From a virus (lineage: Duplodnaviria > Caudoviricetes), in the IMG/VR virus record IMGVR_UViG_3300035492_000133, positions 1 through 33,835 of that record: a stretch of DNA of 33,835 nt; one strand, given 5' to 3'. The notes under the pieces were generated by a model, which searched no databases, was not told where the DNA came from, and worked only from the letters and a program-made list of their open reading frames with translations. Positions 23,042 to 32,981 of the stretch are shown here, piece after piece (positions within the stretch are counted from its first letter, which is position 1; each line of letters opens with the position of its first letter). The translations under genes and the position numbers were made by a program.

Positions 23042-25960
23042 ATGAGCACAAAACTCGAACTGGCAATGCGCATCCGGGCTGACATGAAGCAGGCCATGCA
23101 GCAGCTCGATCAGTTGGAGAATGAACTGGACGATGCCGGCGACCAGGCTAAACGCACCAACTCCGACATGGAGAAGCTCGGCGCCACCCTCGGCAAGGTC
23201 GCTGCGGCCTTTGCCGGCGGTGTCGTCTACAAAGCCGTGATTGCCGCAACCGTTGAGCAGGAGCGCGTCACCAAGCAACTTGAAGCGACGCTCAGGGCAA
23301 CCGGCGGCGCGGCCGGCTTGAACCGGGACCAACTGCTGAGCATGGCCAGTGCGCTGCAGCAGGTCACCACCTACGGCGACGAGGCCATCATCCCGGCGCA
23401 GTCGCTGCTGCTTAGCTTCAAGCAGATTGGCAGCGACGTATTCCCTCGTGCATTAAGCATGGTTCTGGATCTGAGCACCGCGATGCAGCAAGACCTCGGC
23501 GCATCCGCGACGATGCTCGGCAAGGCCCTGGAAGATCCCGTTCGGGGCATCACCGCGCTCAACCGCGTAGGGGCAACGCTCACCGAAGAACAGGGCAACA
23601 TGGTCAAGGCGCTGGCTGAATCAGGCCGGATGGCTGAAGCACAGACCCTGATCCTTGAGGTACTTGAAGGCCAATACGGCGGCAGCGCGCGCGCCGCACG
23701 AGATAGCTTTGGCGGCGCCATCCAAGGGCTGAAAAATGCCTTCGGCGATCTTCTGGAGGGCAAGTCCGGCCTCAAGGAAAGCTCGCAGGAGATCGAGCGG
23801 CTGACCTCAATCCTTGCCGATCCAGCAACAGCGCAGGGAGCGGACAAACTGGTTAGCACGCTGATTCGCTTGACCGGTGCGCTGGCATCAGCAGCGGCTG
23901 AGGGTGGCAACTTTCTGCTATTCCTGGACCGCCTGGGAACCGACATCAGCGATAAGGAAACCGAGGCGCTCAAGACACGCCTGGATGACCTGCAGAACCT
24001 GCTTGATGACAAGTCGCTATTCAATGTTGGTGAGCGTATTCGCTTCTTCGGCCCCGACGGGATTGTCAGTTGGGTGAGCGAAGACGAGATCCGCGCGGAG
24101 GTTGCTCGCATCAAACGGGTTTTGGCTGACGCGGCTGAACAAGGCCCGAGCACCGAGCTGCCAACGGGCGGCGTGGTGGTGCCCGCCCAAGACCCGGTGC
24201 TCAACGCCGAGGCCCAGAAGCTGCTGGACAACCTCAAAAAGCAGGCCGAGACCATTGGCCTGATCACCGAGGAAGCCAAAACCCGCTACGCCATCGAATC
24301 CGGCGAGCTGGGCGAACTGATCCCCGAGCACCAAGAGCTGCTGCTCACCCAGGCCCGCCAGCTTGACCAGGCCAAGGCCAACGCCGCGGCATCCGATGAG
24401 CAGCGCAAGGCCACCGAAAAGCTGGCCAGTACACAGCTCAGCTTTGTCGCCAACCTGGAACGCCAAGCATCGCTGATCGGCCTGAACACAGCCCAAACGC
24501 GCGAAGCCGAGATTGCCGAAAAGGGCCTGACCGGCGCGCTACTGGAGCGTGCGCAAGCCGCATCCGAGATGCTCGCTGCGGAGGAAGAGCGTTTGGCAAT
24601 GGAGGCGGACGCGAAGACGATTGCAGAGCTGCAAACCCAGCTATTACGTGCCCAAGGCAAGGAGTCCGAGGCTGTTGCTCTGGAATTGGAGCAGCGCTAC
24701 GGGGAGCTGATGAAACGCCTGCAGGAGCGTGCAGATACTGCCGGTGTTGAAATAGTCAAAGCTCTAATCAATGGAGAGCAGGCACGGACCGAGCTCTCTA
24801 GCATGCAAAAAGAGTTGGATCGCGTCTTTAACGACACAAGCCGCCGTGAACAGACGATACAAGCACAAGTGAACGCGGGCCTTATCACCGAAGGCGAGGC
24901 CCGTCGAAGGATCGTTCAGGAACACCAAAAGCAGGCGAAGGAGCTAGAAAACCTTTTGGTTCTGATAGAAGGGTTTGCTGAACAAACCGGCAACCCGGCT
25001 TATCTGGAGGAGGCCGAGCGTATCCGGGCCGAGCTGGAGCTCCTTAAGTACACGGCAGATGAGGTGGCAATTGCCTTCCGCGACGGTCTACAGGGTGGAC
25101 TGGAAGAATCAATCATGGGCTTGGTGGACGGCACCATGAGCCTGCGCGATGCCCTGGAGTCCTTGGTCTTAGGCATTGCAGATTCTATGGCCAGAATGGC
25201 GAGTGAGCAGTTGGCCGACATGGCCACCCAAAGAGTGTTGGACCTCTTCAATGGCGGCGCAGCTGAACAGGCGCAAGCTATCCAGCAGTTGACGACCCAG
25301 CAAGTCATGTCGATTCAGACGGTCACCAACGCCCAGAAGACGGCAGACATTGCCCGAGCAACTTCATCGGTTGCCGCAGCCAACACGGCCGCAACCGGGC
25401 AAGCAGGCGCGGCCGCGACCACCACATCAGCATGGGCACCCGCCGCGACCACCGCGTCGATCGGCTCCTTCGGTGCCGCTGCCGCGATCGGTATCGCTGC
25501 TGTGCTGGCAGCGCTGGCGATGGCGCAGTCGTTTAACACCGGTGGCCAGGTGCGTGGCGCCGGCACCAATACCAGCGACAGCATCCCCGCATGGCTCAGT
25601 GACGAGGAGTTCATCACCCGCGCGGCTGTCGTTAAACAACCTGGTGCGCTGTCGTTTTTGGAGGACTTCAACCAGCGCGGCATGTCCGCGCTCGATGACT
25701 GGGCCGGCACCGTTTACCACTCGACCGGCGGGCTGGCTGGCACCCCGGCACCTGCAGCGCCGTCGCCGGTGTTTGATGGCGGCCGTATGTCTGAAGAAAG
25801 CGCGCTGACTGCCAACGTGGCAAACAACTTCAGGTTCGCCGCGCTCTTCGACATTGAAGAGGTTGCGAGCCGGCTCGGCAGCTCACCCGGCTTCACCGAC
25901 GTGCTGATTCAAATGACCGCCAACAACGCCACCGCCATGCAGAGCGCGCTGACCACATGA
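23042..25960 (+). CDS. tail tape measure protein
   Basis: 972 aa helical Ala/Leu/Glu-rich, LGKALEDPVRGITAL, C-terminal GGQVRGAGTNTSDSIPAWLSDEEF. Confidence 0.93.
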   Translation: MSTKLELAMRIRADMKQAMQQLDQLENELDDAGDQAKRTNSDMEKLGATLGKVAAAFAGGVVYKAVIAATVEQERVTKQLEATLRATGGAAGLNRDQLLSMASALQQVTTYGDEAIIPAQSLLLSFKQIGSDVFPRALSMVLDLSTAMQQDLGASATMLGKALEDPVRGITALNRVGATLTEEQGNMVKALAESGRMAEAQTLILEVLEGQYGGSARAARDSFGGAIQGLKNAFGDLLEGKSGLKESSQEIERLTSILADPATAQGADKLVSTLIRLTGALASAAAEGGNFLLFLDRLGTDISDKETEALKTRLDDLQNLLDDKSLFNVGERIRFFGPDGIVSWVSEDEIRAEVARIKRVLADAAEQGPSTELPTGGVVVPAQDPVLNAEAQKLLDNLKKQAETIGLITEEAKTRYAIESGELGELIPEHQELLLTQARQLDQAKANAAASDEQRKATEKLASTQLSFVANLERQASLIGLNTAQTREAEIAEKGLTGALLERAQAASEMLAAEEERLAMEADAKTIAELQTQLLRAQGKESEAVALELEQRYGELMKRLQERADTAGVEIVKALINGEQARTELSSMQKELDRVFNDTSRREQTIQAQVNAGLITEGEARRRIVQEHQKQAKELENLLVLIEGFAEQTGNPAYLEEAERIRAELELLKYTADEVAIAFRDGLQGGLEESIMGLVDGTMSLRDALESLVLGIADSMARMASEQLADMATQRVLDLFNGGAAEQAQAIQQLTTQQVMSIQTVTNAQKTADIARATSSVAAANTAATGQAGAAATTTSAWAPAATTASIGSFGAAAAIGIAAVLAALAMAQSFNTGGQVRGAGTNTSDSIPAWLSDEEFITRAAVVKQPGALSFLEDFNQRGMSALDDWAGTVYHSTGGLAGTPAPAAPSPVFDGGRMSEESALTANVANNFRFAALFDIEEVASRLGSSPGFTDVLIQMTANNATAMQSALTT

Positions 25961-27153
25961 GCTATGTAGAAGACGGGTACGTGTTGTGGCCCGTGCCGCC
26001 GGATTGGGACGCCGGGGTGCGCGAGCAGCTGGAGTGGCTGACCGATGTACTGGAGGCCCGCACCGGTGCCAAGCAGAAGCGCGAACTGCGCCTCGGCCCG
26101 CGCCGCCAGTTCACCTTTGAAGTGATCGCCGACGACCAGAGTCGCCGCGTTGTGGACATGATCCTCGCCGACCACGGCAGCGACTACTGGCTGCTACCAA
26201 TCTGGCACGACGTGCAGCTGCTGCCGGCGCTCGATGCCGGCGTCGACACCATCCCCTGCAAGACAGAAGGTTTTGAGCTTTTAGCCGACAGCCTGGTCGT
26301 CGTCTGGGCCTCGGTGAACAACTGGTGGCTTGCCGCGATCGAGGACGTCGGCGAGGACTACATCACCACCGGCCTGCCGACCGATCGCGCCTGGCCTGCA
26401 GGCTCGCGCCTGTACCCGGTGCGCCTTGCGCGTCTCGACCGCCAGCCGGAGGAAGCCGCATGGACCGACACCGCCGGCACCCGGTCTGTCGTCATGCAGA
26501 TCGAGGAGCCGAGCGACTGGCCAGCCGTGCTGCCTGCCACCATGTACCAGGGCTGGCCGGTGCTCGACATGCGACCGGACACCGGCGACGACCTGAAGAG
26601 CAGCTTCGCTCGTATGACCAACGTCATCGACGAAGACACTGGCGCGATCACCATCATCGACCGCCCAGGCCGCGCCTTCCGCGAGCAGTCCCTGCGCTAC
26701 CTGCTGGGCAGCCGCGCCGAACTGGCCGCCATGCGCTCGCTGCTGTACGGCCTGCGCGGCCGCGCTGGCCATGTGTGGGTACCGAGCTGGGCACAGGATC
26801 TGCTGATCGTCGCCCCAGTAACGGCGGTGGCCACCACCATCACCATCGAGTGGGCCGGCTACAGCCTGTTTGGCCGCGCCCAGCCGGGCCGCCGCGACAT
26901 CCGCATCGAGCTGACTGACGGCACCGTGCTCTACCGCCGCATTACCGCAGCCGTCGAAGCTGGGGCCACCGAAACCCTGACCATCGACTCAGCCCTCGGC
27001 CGCGCCGTCCAGCCGAACCAGGTGCTGATTGTTTCGTTCGTGGCGCTGAGCGAGCTGGCCAGCGACCGCGTCGAGCTGCTGCACGAGACCGACGGCGACG
27101 GTCTGACTGAGGTGAAACTGGATTTTCTGGGGGTACGTCGTGAGTCTGCTTGA
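25957..27153 (+). CDS. tail tip protein (distal-tail-like)
   Basis: PPDW...EQLEWLTDVL, LYGLRGR...WVPS; follows tape measure. Confidence 0.8.
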   Translation: MSYVEDGYVLWPVPPDWDAGVREQLEWLTDVLEARTGAKQKRELRLGPRRQFTFEVIADDQSRRVVDMILADHGSDYWLLPIWHDVQLLPALDAGVDTIPCKTEGFELLADSLVVVWASVNNWWLAAIEDVGEDYITTGLPTDRAWPAGSRLYPVRLARLDRQPEEAAWTDTAGTRSVVMQIEEPSDWPAVLPATMYQGWPVLDMRPDTGDDLKSSFARMTNVIDEDTGAITIIDRPGRAFREQSLRYLLGSRAELAAMRSLLYGLRGRAGHVWVPSWAQDLLIVAPVTAVATTITIEWAGYSLFGRAQPGRRDIRIELTDGTVLYRRITAAVEAGATETLTIDSALGRAVQPNQVLIVSFVALSELASDRVELLHETDGDGLTEVKLDFLGVRRESA

Positions 27154-28183
27154 AGGTTCCTGGTTCGGCGGCAAGCCGGTGCTGTTCTATCGCTTCGCGC
27201 GCGGGCCCATCACCTGGTGCTACACCTCGGCGGATCGCATCCAGACGCTCGGTGAGGACGAGTACACACCGCTGCCGATCAAGCCGCCGCAGGTGCGGCA
27301 AGGCAGCGAAAAGGGTCGCCGGTCCTTCAAGGTCGAGCTACCGCGCACAGCCGCGGTGGCCGCCAACTGGCTGCCGTACTCTCCCAGCGAGGTCATCACC
27401 CTGACTGTGCTGTGCCGGCATGTTGGCGAGACCGAAACCCTCGTCGAGGCACAGGGCCGCGTGGTCGGCAGCGTGTTCAAGGATGACCTGTTGGAGCTGA
27501 CATGCGAGCCGACCATGACCCGCGGCCGCCGCACCGGATCGCCGCGCCGCCTCACGGTTGGCTGCGACCTGGTCGTCTATGGCAAAGGCCCCGGCCTGTG
27601 CAATCTGGACCCGAACGCCGTTCCGGTACCGGGCACCCTGACCGACGTCGCCGAGCTGACGCTCACAATCACTGCCGCCGAGTTTGCAGACGCACCGCGC
27701 AACATGGCGGGCGGAATGGTCGAGTGGACCGATACCGAGGAAGTACTCCACCAGATCCCGATCGTCAGCCACAGCGGCCAGACCATCACCCTGGAAAGCT
27801 GGGATGCCCAGCTGCTCGTCGACCTTGAACTGACGGCGTATACCGCGCCCCTTAAGTTCGACGCGACCCTGACCGCACTCAGCGGCCTGACCCTGACTGC
27901 AGCCGAGTTCACCTCGTATGCGTCCGGCCGGCTAGCCGGCGGCTTTATCGAGTGGGTGCGCGCAGACGGCGCGACTGAGATCCGCACAATCCGCGAGCAC
28001 TCTGGCGACACCATCACAATCGACTACGGCGCGCTGGATCTTGCCGTCGACTTGGTTGTCACTGCGTACCCCGGCTGTGCCCACACGTGGGCTGCATGCG
28101 GCCAGCTTGAGAATCAAATCAATTACGGCGGCAACCTGCACATGCCGGTGGAAAACCCGTATTCCGGCGACCCTGTCTGGTGA
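27140..28183 (+). CDS. tail tip protein (DUF2163/BR0599-like) with internal duplication
   Basis: YTSAD, GC...YG...C, C-terminal AYPGCAHTWAAC...NYGG. Confidence 0.85.
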   Translation: MSLLEGSWFGGKPVLFYRFARGPITWCYTSADRIQTLGEDEYTPLPIKPPQVRQGSEKGRRSFKVELPRTAAVAANWLPYSPSEVITLTVLCRHVGETETLVEAQGRVVGSVFKDDLLELTCEPTMTRGRRTGSPRRLTVGCDLVVYGKGPGLCNLDPNAVPVPGTLTDVAELTLTITAAEFADAPRNMAGGMVEWTDTEEVLHQIPIVSHSGQTITLESWDAQLLVDLELTAYTAPLKFDATLTALSGLTLTAAEFTSYASGRLAGGFIEWVRADGATEIRTIREHSGDTITIDYGALDLAVDLVVTAYPGCAHTWAACGQLENQINYGGNLHMPVENPYSGDPVW

Positions 28184-28194
28184 GGAGATAAGTC

Positions 28195-28416
28195 ATGTGG
28201 ATAGCGCTAGCGGCCATTGTCATTGTGTCGGTGATTATCCAGGCACTGAGACCAAAGCCAGAGGCTCCAGCAGTCCAGGAAGGCAACACCCCGACCACGA
28301 AGGAAGGGGTAAAGCTTCGTAAGGTCTACGGCACCGTCTGGATCAAAGAGCCGTCGCTGGTTGCGTTCAAGAAGATGGGCACCATCCCGATCCGCTCCAA
28401 GGGAGGAAAGAAGTGA
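28195..28416 (+). CDS. small tail assembly protein
   Basis: Hydrophobic N-terminus, PTTKEG...VYGTVWI, ends KGGKK. Confidence 0.8.
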   Translation: MWIALAAIVIVSVIIQALRPKPEAPAVQEGNTPTTKEGVKLRKVYGTVWIKEPSLVAFKKMGTIPIRSKGGKK

Positions 28417-28643
28417 AGATCACCCTCAAGCATCTGCATACGATCCCCGGTACCGGCAAGAAGCCAGGCTGGTGCAATACCAAGGCCCGTGATTTTTTTA
28501 AGCGTCACAACCTGGACTGGTACGCCTTCCGCCATGGCGGCATTGATGAGCAGGACTTCCTGGCAACCGGTGATGGTCTTGCCCTGGCGTTGGTTGAGTG
28601 GGCGCATGAGTCAGAGCGGATCGAGCAGGAGCGTCGGGCATGA
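28413..28643 (+). CDS. small tail assembly protein
   Basis: C...ARDFFKRHNLDW..F...GI...ATGDGLA; coupled at both ends. Confidence 0.8.
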   Translation: MKITLKHLHTIPGTGKKPGWCNTKARDFFKRHNLDWYAFRHGGIDEQDFLATGDGLALALVEWAHESERIEQERRA

Positions 28644-31600
28644 GCGGTGGCGGCAGCAAAACCCAAACGGTCGGCTACTGGTACAAGTACCTGCAGGCGT
28701 TCGCACTCTCCCTGGGCCGGCTGGATGCAGTGCTTGAATTTCGTGCGGGCGGCCGCACAGCTTGGCGCGGTATCGTCACACAGACCAGCCGGATCTACGT
28801 CAACGCCCTGAACCTGTGGGGCGGGCAGAAGAAAGAGGGTGGCCTGCTGGGGTACATGGATCTGCAGATGGGTGACGCTGATCAGCAGCCGAATGATTAT
28901 CTCGCAGCCCAGCTCGGCAGCGATCAGCCATCGTATCGGGGCAAAGCGATGGCGATCTGGCGTGGCGGGCGCTGGGGCGCGATGAATCCGTATCCCAAGC
29001 GCGCAGAGTTCAAGGTGCGGCGCATTCTCCAGGGGTGGGATAACGATACGCCTTGGTATCCGGAGAAGGCGGAGATCGTGTTGGTGCCTGAGTTGGCCCT
29101 TATTGACGATCTTGCGTTCCCTGCAACAAGCGCGTCGCTCGGTCCTTATGCTGGTGTGACTATCAATAGCGGGTTCAGCGCTAATGATCAGTTGATTGTT
29201 AGCAAGCCTGCAGGTCTGACATATAAGGCTTGGTCATATTGGGATGATGACAATGAGCCAGCTGCCCTCGGCCGGCCGTGGTCGAACGGTTTCTGGGTGA
29301 CTGACGACCAAGGAGCTACAACGCAGTATTGGAGTGGTCAGGATCCAGCAAAGCGATATGTAACCCCCGAGCAAGCAGACAGCGCATACCGTTACGACTA
29401 CGTCGTCCTGTCAGGCTCCACCTCTTACACATTCTGGCTCTACGACACGCCCGTAAGCGATAACCGCGGCGGGCTGTCATTGCGCGTCTGGAAAGGTGGT
29501 GTTGTTGCGATGAACCCCGCTCATGTCCTTTATGACTCTCTCACAGCCAGAGATATGCAGGGCGAGCCGACGGCGCTCATTAACGATGCTTCCTTCAGGG
29601 CAGCTGCTGATACGCTGTATGAAGAGGGCTTTGGGGTATGCACAACCTATGATTTTGATGAGGACATCGAAGACTTCCAGCAACGCATCCTGGACGTTAT
29701 CGGTGGCGCTCTTACCCAGTCTCGTGAAGACGGCCAGTACTACCTGGACCTGATCCGCCGGACAGACGACCCTGAATCACTGCCGGTGATCGAAAGCGAT
29801 GACATCAAGTCTTTGACGCTTGAACCGTCGGCCATCACCGAACAGGTGAACGAACTGGTTGTTGAGTGGTACGACGTCGAGAACAACGTCAAGAAATCCA
29901 CCCCGCCAATGCAGTCTCGGGGTGCAGTCCATGCGGCTGGGCAGGTCATCTCGGAAACTATCAAATACCCGGAAATTCCCGTTGAGTCACTCGCACTGCG
30001 AGTCCAGGCGCGAGATCTCGCCGCCCGCGCAACCCCGTTGACAAAGGGTACGCTCACAACTAATCGGCGTAATGACATTTGGCGCCTGAGAAAGGGTCAA
30101 AAGGTCCGCTTGCAGGCCCCGGAGGATGGTGTTGCTGACATGATTGTCGTGCTGGGTGACATCGACTACGGGAACGTCAAGGACGGGCAAATCAAAATGA
30201 AGGTTGTCGAGGACGTCTACTCGATGCCTGAAACGACCTATGTAGAGTCCCAGCCAAGTCAGACGCCACCGCTCTACACTCCGCCGGCCGCGCCACCTGC
30301 CCAGCGTCTCATTGAGGCTCCATACGTCGAAGTTGTCGCCAACCTGTCTGCAGCCGACCTTGCTGTTTATCCCGATGACACGGGCGTGATCATGTCCATG
30401 GCGACTGAACCATCCAGCGGCCTCGACTATACCCTTTACACAGCTCAGGAAGGGGGCGAGCTGACCGAGACAAGTACCGGGGAATGGTGTCCGTCGGCGC
30501 TGATTGTTGAGGCAGCAGGCTACATTGATACATCGTTCACCTTAACTGCAGCGTCGAGGCTTGACCTTGTTGAAGTGGGCAGCTGGGCACTGTGGGACGA
30601 AGAGATCGTGCGCGTAGACGCCATCGACGAGGAGGCGCTGACTATAACCCTCGGACGAGGCTGCGCAGACACCGTGCCGTGGCAGCATGATGCAAACAGC
30701 CGGATCTGGTTCTGCGGTGACTGGGCATCAACAGACGGAGCGCAGTACCTGGACGGCGAGACCGTCAGCGCTGCATTGCTCACCCGAACCACTATTGACG
30801 AACTGCCCCTTACCAACGCAACGGTACTGACTGTCGAGCTGGACCAGCGGCACTATCGGCCTTATCCACCCGCTGGGCTACTGATCGGCGGCGTGGCGTA
30901 CCCCGAGGAGGTGCTGGGGGACGTCGCCTTCACTTGGGTCGCCCGCGACCGGGTAATGCAGTCAGACCAGCTGTTTGATACATCCGCTGCCGCCATTGGC
31001 CCAGAAGCCGGCGTGACCTACAACGTTCGCTGCTATGTGAACGATACCCTCGATACCGAGCTACTGGACACGTCCAGCACCAGCTTCACGTGGACGCCCA
31101 GCACTACCGCGGGGGTGGGCCAAGTAGCGGTCAGCTCGGTTCGTGGAGGGTTAGAGTCTCTGCAGGCTCTGACTGCGGAGTTTAGTTTGGGCGAACCTCT
31201 AGAAAGCGATCCTCATTGGGAAAGCGTGGTGAGCCTCTTGCGATTCGACGAACCAGCAGGCTCTCCTGATTTTATTGATGAGACCGGGCGATTATGGAGT
31301 GTAAGTGGCTCAGAGATAAGCAGGGTAACTTCTGCGCCGGGGTTCGGCACTGCGTTGAGTGTCCGCGGAAACTCATCAGGGCTGAGCACTGCTAGAGGGG
31401 TGCTGCAGACGGGAGAGCCATTCACGATTGAGTCGTATGTGAGGGTTCCATCTATTACTCGCGCGGGTGGCTTAGTGACGCATGCGCTGGCGACGCAGGC
31501 TGCGAATAAAGGCGGCGGGGATCAGTTCATTTCGATTACGTCCGGCAAGCTCAGATTTGGGCGCGGTGCATCGGTTGGTGCAGGGTCGTTTGACGTTTCC

Positions 31601-31873
31601 GGTACGACAACAATTACGTTAGATGAATTCGTCCATTGGGCTGTTTCGTTCGATGGTACCGTTGCGAGAGGCTTTCTTGCGGGCAATCTCGAGTTCGAGT
31701 TTGCATGTCAGGGCTGGGTTAACGCTGCCGGACCTTTCTATATAGGACTCAACAAAAATGGCAGCTACGCGCCGACCGGATCGGATGCAGATTTTGACGA
31801 GGTGCGTATTACGCAAGAGTGCAGATACATAGACGCTTTCACGCCGGCATCACTCCCTTTCCTGAACCAGTAA
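28640..31873 (+). CDS. central tail tip/host-specificity protein (J-like) with C-terminal LamG/ConA-like domain
   Basis: GG...QTVGYWY, WGGQKKEGG, MNPAH, RGCADTVP, RPYPP; C-terminal FTIE, HWAVSFDG, FDEVRIT. Confidence 0.85.
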   Translation: MSGGGSKTQTVGYWYKYLQAFALSLGRLDAVLEFRAGGRTAWRGIVTQTSRIYVNALNLWGGQKKEGGLLGYMDLQMGDADQQPNDYLAAQLGSDQPSYRGKAMAIWRGGRWGAMNPYPKRAEFKVRRILQGWDNDTPWYPEKAEIVLVPELALIDDLAFPATSASLGPYAGVTINSGFSANDQLIVSKPAGLTYKAWSYWDDDNEPAALGRPWSNGFWVTDDQGATTQYWSGQDPAKRYVTPEQADSAYRYDYVVLSGSTSYTFWLYDTPVSDNRGGLSLRVWKGGVVAMNPAHVLYDSLTARDMQGEPTALINDASFRAAADTLYEEGFGVCTTYDFDEDIEDFQQRILDVIGGALTQSREDGQYYLDLIRRTDDPESLPVIESDDIKSLTLEPSAITEQVNELVVEWYDVENNVKKSTPPMQSRGAVHAAGQVISETIKYPEIPVESLALRVQARDLAARATPLTKGTLTTNRRNDIWRLRKGQKVRLQAPEDGVADMIVVLGDIDYGNVKDGQIKMKVVEDVYSMPETTYVESQPSQTPPLYTPPAAPPAQRLIEAPYVEVVANLSAADLAVYPDDTGVIMSMATEPSSGLDYTLYTAQEGGELTETSTGEWCPSALIVEAAGYIDTSFTLTAASRLDLVEVGSWALWDEEIVRVDAIDEEALTITLGRGCADTVPWQHDANSRIWFCGDWASTDGAQYLDGETVSAALLTRTTIDELPLTNATVLTVELDQRHYRPYPPAGLLIGGVAYPEEVLGDVAFTWVARDRVMQSDQLFDTSAAAIGPEAGVTYNVRCYVNDTLDTELLDTSSTSFTWTPSTTAGVGQVAVSSVRGGLESLQALTAEFSLGEPLESDPHWESVVSLLRFDEPAGSPDFIDETGRLWSVSGSEISRVTSAPGFGTALSVRGNSSGLSTARGVLQTGEPFTIESYVRVPSITRAGGLVTHALATQAANKGGGDQFISITSGKLRFGRGASVGAGSFDVSGTTTITLDEFVHWAVSFDGTVARGFLAGNLEFEFACQGWVNAAGPFYIGLNKNGSYAPTGSDADFDEVRITQECRYIDAFTPASLPFLNQ

Positions 31874-32005
31874 AAGGAGGCGACCGAGCCAGGTGCGCCA
31901 ACACCTGACCCGGACGCTAACAAGCAGAAGTAGCTGCAAGCCAGCCAAGGCCCCCCACACTCGCGAGTGCGGGGCAAGGCTATCAGAATTGAAAAGGCTT
32001 TGCAG

Positions 32006-32122
32006 ATGTTGAAAGAGCTACGTTGTGGTCGTTGTTCACGGCTCCTGGCCAAGATCGACCAAGGCAGCATCATCGAGATCAAGTGCCCCCGCTGCGGGAC
32101 ACTCAACCAAAGAAGGCCATGA
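32006..32122 (+). CDS. Com-like zinc-ribbon translational regulator (38 aa, not in ORF track)
   Basis: MLKELRCGRCSRLLAKIDQGSIIEIKCPRCGTLNQRRP; two CxxC; upstream of DNA methylase. Confidence 0.8.
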   Translation: MLKELRCGRCSRLLAKIDQGSIIEIKCPRCGTLNQRRP

Positions 32123-32162
32123 GCCTCAAAGCGAGCGCCCCGAGCGCCGACTGGAGGTTTAC

Positions 32163-32954
32163 ATGGCACAGCCCATCATCCCCTGGATCGGCGGCAAGCG
32201 ACGTCTTGCCGACCGCATCTTCCCGCTGTTTCCCCGTCACAGCTGCTACGTCGAGCCGTTCGCCGGAGGTGCAGCACTGTACTTCCTCCGATCGGTGCCG
32301 GCCGACGTCGAGGTGCTGAACGACGTCAACGGCGACCTGGTCAACCTGTACCGCGTCGTCCAGGTGCATCTGGAGGAGTTCGTCAGGCAGTTCAAGTGGG
32401 CACTCAGCAGCCGCCAAGTGTTCAAGTGGCTCCAGGACACCAACCCGGCAACCCTCACGGACATCCAGCGCGCCGCCCGGTTTTACTACCTTCAGCAGAG
32501 CGCCTTTGGCGGTCGCGTCGATGGCCAGAGCTACGGCACCGCCACCACAACCCCACCGGGCCTGAACCTGCTGCGGCTGGAGGAGAGCCTGTCGGCCGCG
32601 CACCTACGGCTCAGCAACACCTACATCGAGCACCTGAGCTGGCAGGACTGCATGCGCAAGTACGACCGGGAGCACACCTTCTTCTACTGCGACCCACCGT
32701 ACTGGGAGACCGAAGGGTACGGCGTGCCATTCGGTTTCGAGCAATACGAAGAGATGGCTGCGATGCTGAAGGCACTCAAAGGCAAAGCCATCATCAGCCT
32801 CAACGACCATCCCGACATCCGCCGGTGCTTCGCCGACTTCCACATCGAAGCGACCGACATCAAGTACACAGTCGGCGGAGGCAAAGGCAGCAACGCCTCG
32901 GAGGTGCTGATCTTCAGCTGGGATATCAGCGCCGAGCCGGCTGGGCTATTCTGA
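32163..32954 (+). CDS. DNA adenine methyltransferase (D12/Dam-like class)
   Basis: PWIGGK, YVEPFAGG, NDVNGDLVN, DPPY; SD GGAGG. Confidence 0.93.
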   Translation: MAQPIIPWIGGKRRLADRIFPLFPRHSCYVEPFAGGAALYFLRSVPADVEVLNDVNGDLVNLYRVVQVHLEEFVRQFKWALSSRQVFKWLQDTNPATLTDIQRAARFYYLQQSAFGGRVDGQSYGTATTTPPGLNLLRLEESLSAAHLRLSNTYIEHLSWQDCMRKYDREHTFFYCDPPYWETEGYGVPFGFEQYEEMAAMLKALKGKAIISLNDHPDIRRCFADFHIEATDIKYTVGGGKGSNASEVLIFSWDISAEPAGLF

Positions 32955-32981
32955 CTCCTCACATCAAGGGAGGCAGCTGGA

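Noticed and set aside
20271-24279. Long minus-strand ORFs (20271-21263, 23371-24279)
   Set aside because: Shadow frames of structural genes with Arg/Ser/Ala-biased composition
28640-32005. Invertible tail-fibre segment or diversity-generating retroelement
   Set aside because: No invertase, reverse transcriptase, inverted crossover sites or template/variable repeat pair seen
32025-32162. N-terminal extension of the methylase ORF
   Set aside because: Overlaps the Com-like ORF; ATG 32163 has GGAGG and starts the family motif
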